From positions 2,041-66,040 of the forward strand of contig JAUYEE010000058.1 of assembly GCA_030691545.1 (NCBI GenBank): 64,000 nucleotides of DNA, read 5' to 3'. Shown here piece after piece: positions 56,535 through 64,000 of this stretch; within the stretch, counting starts at the first letter, position 1; every line of letters begins with the position of its first letter. This stretch comes from a bacterium. GTDB lineage: Bacteria; Auribacterota; JABMQX01. Below the pieces are notes generated by a model. It ran no database searches and was not told where the DNA came from. It saw nothing but the letters and a program-made list of their open reading frames with translations. The translations under genes were made by a program, and so were the position numbers.

Positions 56535-58622
56535 ATGCTGCGTAATCTCTGTAACGTTGCACGTCCGCGGTTACTCGTTGCTTTTTTTATGATCGGCGGA
56601 ATGGCCGGAGAGAAGCGGGTTTGGCCGGAGGAGCGGACGCCATCACCGCCTACAGTCGAATGGACGGCGAGGCTGGCTCGGCGAAGAGCGATTGCGGAGG
56701 TTCGCAAGGTCCCTGAAGCTCCGGGGGCATACGTCGAGTTCTTCTCCGGCGAATTGTGCGAACCAAACGGGCAGGACATCAGCATCTTCGATGAGAAAGG
56801 CGTGCGCGCTCCGCACCAGGTTTTGTCTGTTGGTCCGGGAGACCGTTTCCTCATCACGCTCAAGCTTTCCGCCGCGAAGACCTATTATCTTTACTACGGC
56901 CAGCCGGGGACCACTCCGTCGCCCCAGTGGAATCCCGAATGCGGGGTGTTTCTCAGGACGTACCGCCGCCCTTCGGGGAATAGCAATACGGTAGCGGAAC
57001 TCGAAACGATGGTCCGCTCGCTCCGGCAAATGTTCGGCAGCGGCTACAGGGCAGCCATCTTTGACGGGTGCAACCCGTACGGGCCCTCCGACGATTACGC
57101 CTCCGTTTACACCGCCTACTTGAGGATTCCGAAACCCGGGCTGTATTCCTTTGCCACAAACTCAGATGACGCGTCCGCCCTATACCTTGACGGGAAGCTC
57201 ATTGCGGACTACCCGGGCATTCATCAAGCCTCAGCAACAAGGGGGCAGAGGAGCGGCGACGTTTTTCTGAAAGAAGGTGTGCACGTTCTGAGTTACTATC
57301 ACGTGGAATATAGCGGGCCTCAGGCGACGACCGCCGCCTGGAAGCGGCCCGGAGAAGAGTTTTTCACGCCGATTCCCATGGAAGCCTATGTGCCCATCAG
57401 CCCGTGTGTGGTGACCGCTATCGAGGACCGCCGGGGCAGGGTGCTCGATTTCTCTTCCCAAATTGACGAAATCTATGTGCCCGAAGGCGCCGCTCCTCTC
57501 ATTGGCGTGGAGTTTAAGCCTTTTTCTCTCACCCTCGGAGAGAAGGCACAATTTCTCTGGGATTTCGGCGATGGAGAGCGGTCCAGTGAGAAGTCGCCGA
57601 CGCACATCTACCTGAGCGAGCGGCTTTCCCCGGTAACGCTGACCGTCCAGGACGAAGAGAATCGCCGCCATTCGGCCTCGCACTATGTCTATTCCGTTCA
57701 TCTCGAAGAGCGAAACACAACGAATCCGGAGAAAACGAGGGAGACCTTCGAGGAGATTCTCCGCGGGTACACCTGTCAGCGGCTAACTCCCGACGAACTG
57801 GAAACGCTGCACGACTTCTTCGCAGCAGGTCAAGACAATGAAGCACAGACTTCTGCTGTCGCGGCCATGCTCCTGAAGGCTGTCGCGGTTGACCAGCCGG
57901 AACGGCGAGCGAAGTTCCTCCTCTCCTGGGCGGACGCCAACCGCAAGAGCAAGTCAGGGGATGTCCAGAAGCAGCGTGCTCGCTGCTACGAAGAGGCCGT
58001 TCGGATCACTCAGAACAAGAGAACAAAAGCCAGGGCGTTGCTTGATCTCGGCGACGTGCAATTCCGGTTTCTCGGCAACGGCAACGCTGCGCTGGCCTGC
58101 TACCGAACAGTCGCCAACGAAAATGCCGACAAGGAGCTGACACGCCGCTCGATGATCGGCCAGGGCGACGTGTGCCTCCTTTCCGGAGACCTCCTCACGG
58201 CGAGAAAATTCTACGAGCAGGCAGGGGTCCTTCCGGAGCACGAAAGAGGCGCCGAGGCTCTTCGCACGTCTTACGGCAACCTCATCGAGGGATACATCAA
58301 GCAGAAAGAGTTCGACGCGGCTATTGAAGCGATTGAGACGTGGGAGTGGAAGTACCCGATGATTAAGACGCGGGGCTACTCGCTCATCCTGCGGTCACGA
58401 ACTGCGTTCGCCCTCGGGAGCATGGGGGAGGTGCAGAAGTACACAAGCTGTATAATCCGGACCATCGAGGAAGAATCTTTCAAACCGGAAGCATACTATC
58501 TGCTCATCTCATCTCTTCTTCGGCAGGGACAGAACGCAGTTGCGGCGGGTCACTACCAGGCGCTGAAGGAGAGTTACCCGCGAGACCCGCACGTTGAGCT
58601 TCTCCGCCGATTCTTCCCATAA
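56535..58622 (+). CDS. Secreted or membrane multidomain protein: DUF2341-like, PA14-like, PKD and TPR
   Basis: GQDISIFD...YYLYYG; YSFATNSDDASALYLDG (PA14-like); FLWDFGDG..SSEKSPTHIY (PKD); helical TPR-like C-terminus ending YP.DP. Confidence 0.75.
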   Translation: MLRNLCNVARPRLLVAFFMIGGMAGEKRVWPEERTPSPPTVEWTARLARRRAIAEVRKVPEAPGAYVEFFSGELCEPNGQDISIFDEKGVRAPHQVLSVGPGDRFLITLKLSAAKTYYLYYGQPGTTPSPQWNPECGVFLRTYRRPSGNSNTVAELETMVRSLRQMFGSGYRAAIFDGCNPYGPSDDYASVYTAYLRIPKPGLYSFATNSDDASALYLDGKLIADYPGIHQASATRGQRSGDVFLKEGVHVLSYYHVEYSGPQATTAAWKRPGEEFFTPIPMEAYVPISPCVVTAIEDRRGRVLDFSSQIDEIYVPEGAAPLIGVEFKPFSLTLGEKAQFLWDFGDGERSSEKSPTHIYLSERLSPVTLTVQDEENRRHSASHYVYSVHLEERNTTNPEKTRETFEEILRGYTCQRLTPDELETLHDFFAAGQDNEAQTSAVAAMLLKAVAVDQPERRAKFLLSWADANRKSKSGDVQKQRARCYEEAVRITQNKRTKARALLDLGDVQFRFLGNGNAALACYRTVANENADKELTRRSMIGQGDVCLLSGDLLTARKFYEQAGVLPEHERGAEALRTSYGNLIEGYIKQKEFDAAIEAIETWEWKYPMIKTRGYSLILRSRTAFALGSMGEVQKYTSCIIRTIEEESFKPEAYYLLISSLLRQGQNAVAAGHYQALKESYPRDPHVELLRRFFP

Positions 58623-58709
58623 GAAAATCGAGCACGAGCCCTTCTCAGGGCCGTGCCCGATGTATTCTGTACGTTCCAAATGCTGGCTACTGGGGGTCAG
58701 AAGCGTTGC

Positions 58710-59552
58710 TCACTCCGGCGTCCGGGAGAATCCAGGAGGACCACCCTGGTCAAACGAGACAAGACCGGAGTCGCGAACGGTGTCCTGCGGAATGTTGTAC
58801 CGGCGCGTCAGTTCGCCAATTTCGCGCATCCTCTGGAATTGAACCGTGCGATTCACGCGCTCCTCTATTTCCTCGGGATTGTCTTGCTCGTCGAGAGACC
58901 GCAACTGCGCTTCCAGCCACCCTCTTGCTCGGTCGTTATCAACGGCATTCATCGCCTCCGTGAGAAGCCGCTGCGCCTCCGCCTTTTTTTGTTCCGGAGA
59001 CATAGGAGCGGTGTATCGGGCCTTCAATCCTTCGATTTCGTTGACAAACTGGTTGCGCATGGCCGCGTCAGGAATCTTCCCCGAGAAATTCTTCGCGAGG
59101 ATGTCGAGCCTCCGGGTGAGTTCCTGTGGCTCGTTCATGGCGCGAAAGGCTGCTCCGCGGTCTCTCAGTTCTTCAAGTTCGCGGTTCTCCTGCCGCTCCT
59201 CGTGGAAACCTGTGAGCACTCCCTGGACAACCCCGACCTGCTCCTGGAGGAGCGCGATTTGGTTCATAATGTTCTTGTATTCTTCGGTCTTTGCGAAACT
59301 GGAAGACACCATCGGCGCGGAGACCTTGCCCGCGGCGCCTACCGAGCCTCCGCCGAGGAGCGCGCTGATGCCTTTCTCAATGCTGGCGAGTTTCGCTTCG
59401 ACAGAATCCACTTTCTTAGACAACTGCGAAATGCTCTGAGCCTGTTCGTTCTGTCGAGAAATCAAGTCGTCAACGCGACTGCCATCGTTCTTCAAGCAGC
59501 CGCCGCAGAGTAACGCACCCGCGACCGCCAGTCCTAACCATTTCAGTCTCAT
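58710..59552 (-). CDS. Coiled-coil lipoprotein, paralogue 4 of the tandem array (280 aa)
   Basis: MRLKWLGLAVAGALLCGG/C after GGAG RBS; paralogous to the three upstream genes. Confidence 0.85.
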   Translation of the reverse strand: MRLKWLGLAVAGALLCGGCLKNDGSRVDDLISRQNEQAQSISQLSKKVDSVEAKLASIEKGISALLGGGSVGAAGKVSAPMVSSSFAKTEEYKNIMNQIALLQEQVGVVQGVLTGFHEERQENRELEELRDRGAAFRAMNEPQELTRRLDILAKNFSGKIPDAAMRNQFVNEIEGLKARYTAPMSPEQKKAEAQRLLTEAMNAVDNDRARGWLEAQLRSLDEQDNPEEIEERVNRTVQFQRMREIGELTRRYNIPQDTVRDSGLVSFDQGGPPGFSRTPE

Positions 59553-59596
59553 GGCGCTTACTCCTGAAGGAACTACTCCCCGGGGGAAGTCTCCGA

Positions 59597-60481
59597 TCAT
59601 CCTCCCGGGCCGCGTCCACCCGGTCCGCCTCCTCCGGGGCCGCGCCCTCCGCCCATGAAACCTCCGGGGCCGCCGCGACCGAAGGTTACCAGACCGGAGT
59701 CTCTTACCGTGTCCTCCGGGATGCTGTATTTCTGGGTCAGCTCGCCGATCTCCCGCATCTTCTGGAATTGGAGCAGGCGATCAGCTTGCTCTTCTATCTG
59801 CTGTGCTCCTTGCGCCTGGTCCAGTTCCTCCAACTGCCTCTGCAAGCGTTCCCTTTCCCGCTCATCGTCCGCGGAATTCAGCCGTTCAGTCAGAAGTCTG
59901 CGGGCCTCGGCTTGCTTCTCGTCGGGCGAAAGCGACGCGGAGTGCCTGGATTTCAGGGCCTCCAGCTCGCTGACAAACTGGTTTCTCTTCGCCCCCTCAG
60001 GAATCTTACCCGAGAAGTTTTTCGCAAGGATGTCGAGCCTGCGGGTGAGTTCCTGTGGCTCGCTCATGGCGCGCCAGGCTCCCCCACGGTCTCTCAGCGC
60101 TTCCAGTTCGCGGCTCTGCCGCGTCCCCTCTTGGAAACCACCAAGCTCTCCCTGTACAACACCGACTTGCTCCTGCAGCAGGGCGATCTGGTTCATGATG
60201 TTCTTGTACTCGTCGGTCTTCGCGAAAGTCGAAGAACCGATCACCCGAGAGCCCCCGCCTGCATCGGCCCCAGCCCCGCCGCCAAGAAGTGCGTTGATGC
60301 CCTTTTCAATGCTGCTCAGTTTTACATCAACGCCGTCCACTTTCTTAGCTATCTCCGATATCTTCTGCGCGTGCTCGCCCTGACGAGAAAGTAAATCGCC
60401 AATACGATTGTCGCTGCCTTTCGAGCAGCTCGAGCAGCATAATGCTGCCACAGCAAGAAGTCCAAGCAGTTTGGGTATCAT
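59597..60481 (-). CDS. Coiled-coil lipoprotein, paralogue 3 (294 aa), GGRGPGG tail
   Basis: MIPKLLGLLAVAALCCSS/C; FAKTDEYKNIMNQI, RRLDILAKNFSGKI, KYSIPEDTVRDSGL. Confidence 0.85.
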   Translation of the reverse strand: MIPKLLGLLAVAALCCSSCSKGSDNRIGDLLSRQGEHAQKISEIAKKVDGVDVKLSSIEKGINALLGGGAGADAGGGSRVIGSSTFAKTDEYKNIMNQIALLQEQVGVVQGELGGFQEGTRQSRELEALRDRGGAWRAMSEPQELTRRLDILAKNFSGKIPEGAKRNQFVSELEALKSRHSASLSPDEKQAEARRLLTERLNSADDERERERLQRQLEELDQAQGAQQIEEQADRLLQFQKMREIGELTQKYSIPEDTVRDSGLVTFGRGGPGGFMGGGRGPGGGGPGGRGPGG

Positions 60482-60524
60482 GTTGCTTCTCCCTCTATGA
60501 GAATTGCTGCCCACGGCAATTGTC

Positions 60525-61412
60525 TTATCGCCCTCCTCCGGGTCCGCGTCCGCCGGCGCCGCGTCCGCCCGCTCCTCCGCCCATGAAGCCCCCGGGGCCG
60601 CCGCGACCGAAAGATACGATACCGGAATCTCTTACTGTTTCTTCCGGGATGTTGTATTTCCGCGTAAGCTCGCCGATATCCCGCATGTTCTGGAACTGGA
60701 GGACGCGGTCAGCGCGCTCATTCAGTTCGTCCCCCTGGGCCTCGTTCAGGGACTGCAACTGCCTTTCCATCATCTCCTTCATTCGCTCGTCAGTGATCGA
60801 ATTCATGTTTTCGGTGATAAGGGCGCGAGCACGTTGAAGTCTTTCTTCGGGGGAGAGCGAAGCGAAAAGGCCGGCTTTCAGGGCTTCCACGTCTTGACTG
60901 AACTGACTTCGGGTCGCCGCATCCTGGATGTTGCCGGAGAAGTTCTTGACCAGCATGTCGAGCCTTCGCGACATCTCCCCGGGTTGATTCAGGGCATTAA
61001 AGGCCCCTTCTCGGTCTCGGAGCGCTGCGAGTTCTGCGGCAGTTTTCTGGGCCTCCTGGAATCGGACGAAGTCTCCCTGCACAGAGACGACGCGTTCCTG
61101 GAGATTCTTCATCAACTGGAGGACATTCTTATATTCGTCGGCAGAAGCGAAATTGGACGACACGATGAGCTCCGGCCCCTTTTTTGTGGACAGAGCCGTC
61201 GCTCCGCCACCGAGCAACGCCTCAAGGCTCTCCTGTATCTGACCCAATTTCTCGTCAACGTTGTCAATCTGTTTTGACATCTGCGCTATGCGGCGGGCGT
61301 GTTCTTCCTGTTCTTCTAAGAGCCGAGCGACCCGACCGCCGTTGCCACTCTTGGCGCATCCGGAAAAACACAACGCCGCAGCAGCGAGTAGTGCAAGTAA
61401 TCTCAGTAACAT
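60525..61412 (-). CDS. Coiled-coil lipoprotein, paralogue 2 (295 aa), GGRG tail
   Basis: MLLRLLALLAAAALCFSG/C; EYKNV, RRLDMLVKNFSGNI, KYNIPEETVRDSGI. Confidence 0.85.
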   Translation of the reverse strand: MLLRLLALLAAAALCFSGCAKSGNGGRVARLLEEQEEHARRIAQMSKQIDNVDEKLGQIQESLEALLGGGATALSTKKGPELIVSSNFASADEYKNVLQLMKNLQERVVSVQGDFVRFQEAQKTAAELAALRDREGAFNALNQPGEMSRRLDMLVKNFSGNIQDAATRSQFSQDVEALKAGLFASLSPEERLQRARALITENMNSITDERMKEMMERQLQSLNEAQGDELNERADRVLQFQNMRDIGELTRKYNIPEETVRDSGIVSFGRGGPGGFMGGGAGGRGAGGRGPGGGR

Positions 61413-61472
61413 GGCATCTTTTCCTCTGGAGTTTTGTGCGGTTTTTCGGGTGTGACTTCTTCTCATCAGGAC

Positions 61473-62357
61473 TCACCCTCCTCTGCGTCCTTGCTGTCCG
61501 CCACGGTCGCCCCGGTTGATCCCGGCGGGTCCGCCGCGGTCGCCTCCCATGGACGGAAGCCCAATTTCCGTGTAAGTTTCCCTTGGAATCTCGTAGGTAC
61601 TCTGCAAGTTCCTGAGGTCGCGAGAGATCTCAAATCGCTGGTAACGCTCCAGTCTTCCCTGCAAGTCCTCGCCGGAGGCCGTCTGGAGTTCCTCAATCTG
61701 CCTCTGGATGAACTCCTTGGCTCTCTCGTTTTGCTCCGTGTTCAGCCTTTCGGTAAGGCTCGAGGACACTCTCTGATAAAGCTCCTGAGCGCTGGGCTTC
61801 TCCGACAGTTTCCGTTTGAGCTGCTCGACGTCCACCTCAAACTGCTGTCGTTTCACAGGGTCCTGGATTTTCCCGGCGAAATTCTGACCGAGAAGGCTGA
61901 GCCTCCGGTTCATTTCCTGGGGGTCGCTCATCGCTTGGAAGGCTTGTGCGGGGTCCTGGAGTTGCCGGCGCTGCTCCTCTGCGGCGACCTCATCCTGGCT
62001 TTCGGTCAGCCGGCTCTGTGTGAGAGCCAACTGTTGCTGAACCGCCGAAAGCTGCGCGACAATCCGGGCGTATTCCGGCGTGTCTTTGAACTCGACGACC
62101 TTGGGCTCCGTGCTCTCCTCCGCCGCGGTCGTAGGTTGCGGAGTACCGGTCGGCTCAGGGAGTCGCTTCAAAGACTCCTGAATCTGCACGAGCCTTTTGT
62201 CGAATCCTTCGATGCGCCGGGACAACCGGTCTATGTCCCCTTTGTGTTCGTCCTGCTTGACACCGACTTCAATCAGGCGACTGTCTGAGCTTTCCTTCCC
62301 ACAGCCAGACAAAAGGAGCAAAGCCCCAATCACCCATAACGCTGCATATCTCGCCAT
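61473..62357 (-). CDS. Coiled-coil lipoprotein, paralogue 1 (294 aa, most divergent)
   Basis: AAGGAGG RBS; MARYAALWVIGALLLLSG/C; PEY, RRLSLLGQNFAGKIQD, YEIPRET; DRGG tail. Confidence 0.85.
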   Translation of the reverse strand: MARYAALWVIGALLLLSGCGKESSDSRLIEVGVKQDEHKGDIDRLSRRIEGFDKRLVQIQESLKRLPEPTGTPQPTTAAEESTEPKVVEFKDTPEYARIVAQLSAVQQQLALTQSRLTESQDEVAAEEQRRQLQDPAQAFQAMSDPQEMNRRLSLLGQNFAGKIQDPVKRQQFEVDVEQLKRKLSEKPSAQELYQRVSSSLTERLNTEQNERAKEFIQRQIEELQTASGEDLQGRLERYQRFEISRDLRNLQSTYEIPRETYTEIGLPSMGGDRGGPAGINRGDRGGQQGRRGG

Positions 62358-62680
62358 TTGCAGACCTCCTTGATAGAGTTTTCCGAATGAAGGCAGGGGC
62401 CTCCGTTCTTTTATTATATTTTAACGTCATCGGGGCTACACGGGTTTAGTGTCTCGCCAGTGTAGAGAAGTTATCCTCTTCACCGTTCGCCAGCGGCTCA
62501 GCGAAGCCGCGCCCCGCCGGACAAGCGTTGTTCGCCCTTCGCAACGTAGGATACCATATTTCCCGTGGGTTACGGAAGCAGCTTTTCGCGCAGGGTGTGG
62601 CTACGTTGGAATGGGACATGCCGCCGGGATTTGCCTGTGACGGGGGTGCTGAGTCCAGGGCCACTCGGGGGCGACTCTCT

Positions 62681-62810
62681 GTAACGCCGGCATCTTGCCG
62701 GCTGTCTCGGGGGCATCTTGCCCCCGGTTCGACTTCGCCAGGGTGAAACAGGGTGCTTGCCATGTGAGGGCGGGACGCCCTCACGACTGCCGCCGGGACG
62801 GCGGCGTTAC
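62681..62810. repeat. REP/BIME-like cluster of palindromes
   Basis: GTAACGCCG...CGGCGTTAC encloses GCCGGCATCTTGCCGGC, GGGGGCATCTTGCCCCC and GTGAGGGCGGGACGCCCTCAC. Confidence 0.75.
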
Positions 62811-63208
62811 TTCTGGCATCCCACCGGGCCAACAGCCCAAGGCCCACCACTCAAGTGCAGCCGCACCCTTCGCACAGCAGTATGACCGCCTGAAGCGTCG
62901 CCATTCCAAAGGAGAACGCACTTTCTGTATTGACTGGGAACGGGTTGCGCACTAAATTATGAATAGCGCGTTTTGCGGGACAAAGCTATCGGGATTGAGG
63001 TAGCTGCACGCGTCTATCTCTCCATCCCTTCGGCTCGCGTTTGATGATTCCGCAGAAGCGCTGCCCGCTGCGTCCAACGCGGGAGGATAGAGCTGTTTTG
63101 CACTCATCCCTGGCCGTTCAGGCGGACGCCGTCCGGAAGCGCGCTCAGTCCAATGGGTCCCGTCCCACGCGTGTGCGCGAACACGGGCAGGCGAGGAAGG
63201 GGCGGACG

Positions 63209-64000
63209 ATGAGAAAGACTGCCTGGCTCGCTTTATGGGGCATGAGCCTTTTTGCTGGCTTTGCCGTAGGGATAGCCGTCGGCAAGGCCCACAAACCTGA
63301 GGTCCAACGTCGCCAGCCTACCACGAGAACCATTCCTGAAGACAAAGACCGCGAGGAAGCCCGCCTTCTCGCCAGCCTGGATGAATTCCGCAACGCCCTC
63401 ACTGAGAAAGAGCAAATCGCCGCCAGCTTGCGCGCGGAGATCGAAGAGGTGCGGGGCAAAATGCTCCCGCCGCTGAGTCCAGAGGATGAGAAATGGCTTC
63501 GGCAAGAGCAAAAGGAGCGAGGCTACGCGAAGCGCTGGGACCCAATCCGGAAAAGGGGAGAGGAACTTCTCAAAAAGATTTTTCAGCGGAAGGACAACGT
63601 GCTGCGACAGAAGGGACTCGACGAACTGGAGTCGCTTCTCAAAAACGACAAAGCCCAGGATAAGCTGGTGGGCCTATGGACCCTGAACAAAATTCTCTTC
63701 GAAGGAGTCGGGCTCGACAAGAAGAGATTCACGCCGCTGCTTGCGGCAGCTCTGGACCACGACGACGGGGAAGTGAGAGAGAATGCGCTCGAACACCTTG
63801 GATACCTTGGCTATTCGGACTATCCCTGGATGGATCGTCCGGAGAAGCGGGAAGCGGCAGACGTGGCCCTGCGCATGGTGAACGATCCGGACACTCGCGT
63901 GAAGAGCACCGCGCTTCGTCTTCTTGCGGATTTCGGTGGAAAGGAAAGAGACAAAGGCATCGCCAAGGCCTTAAGGTCGCTTCTCCAAGATGGAAGTGAG
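63209..64000 (+). CDS. Membrane-anchored coiled-coil + HEAT-repeat protein, 3'-truncated by the window edge (not in the ORF track)
   Basis: Read manually with no stop to the end: MRKTAWLALWGMSLFAGFAVGIAVG...LRAEIEEVRG...ALDHDDGEVRENALEHLG...VNDPDTRVKSTALRLLA. AGGAAGGGG RBS-like site. Confidence 0.8.
   Translation, partial: MRKTAWLALWGMSLFAGFAVGIAVGKAHKPEVQRRQPTTRTIPEDKDREEARLLASLDEFRNALTEKEQIAASLRAEIEEVRGKMLPPLSPEDEKWLRQEQKERGYAKRWDPIRKRGEELLKKIFQRKDNVLRQKGLDELESLLKNDKAQDKLVGLWTLNKILFEGVGLDKKRFTPLLAAALDHDDGEVRENALEHLGYLGYSDYPWMDRPEKREAADVALRMVNDPDTRVKSTALRLLADFGGKERDKGIAKALRSLLQDGSE

Noticed and set aside
63650-63670. Possible in-frame TAA in the final ORF
   Set aside because: Re-reading the frame from 63209 gives GCC CAG GAT AAG CTG, so the TAA is out of frame. 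The ORF is only truncated by the window edge.
1-64000. tRNA, rRNA, tmRNA, RNase P, SRP RNA, selenocysteine or pyrrolysine read-through, programmed frameshifts
   Set aside because: By eye I found no cloverleaf or T-loop signature in intergenic DNA and no split genes. Absence is not proven without covariance-model scans.

Overview
A 64-kb chromosomal segment of a GC-rich diderm bacterium. H-X9-DG prepilin-like genes, many TolB-like propellers and glycoside hydrolases suggest a PVC-related or candidate-phylum anaerobe; this is inference, not an identification. Housekeeping blocks are purH(5'-truncated)-purD-purE, nnr, ahbC, a beta-CASP nuclease, and mfd-PPIase-surA-pdxA-rsmA-gatC-gatA. Carbohydrate genes include a GH38-like enzyme, a GH141-like/GH5-like fusion, a clan GH-A enzyme, a Tat Gfo/Idh/MocA oxidoreductase, a TIM-barrel/DUF6807/NCS1 operon and two sodium:solute symporters. 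The strongest candidates for undescribed systems are: (1) four tandem paralogous coiled-coil lipoproteins with Gly/Arg-rich tails (58.7-62.4 kb); (2) a secreted, phage-tail-fibre-like operon with an S74 chaperone and a small partner whose C-terminal domain recurs in a protein beside a pseudopilin gene (21.5-27.0 kb and 43.4-45.1 kb); (3) a coupled unknown-protein + degenerate NUDIX pair (11.9-13.8 kb). The intergenic DNA holds at least three families of non-autonomous palindromic repeats, one nested inside another at 56.1-56.4 kb, with no transposase in the window. I found no tRNA, rRNA, CRISPR array or prophage. Product calls come from motif recognition only; no searches were run.
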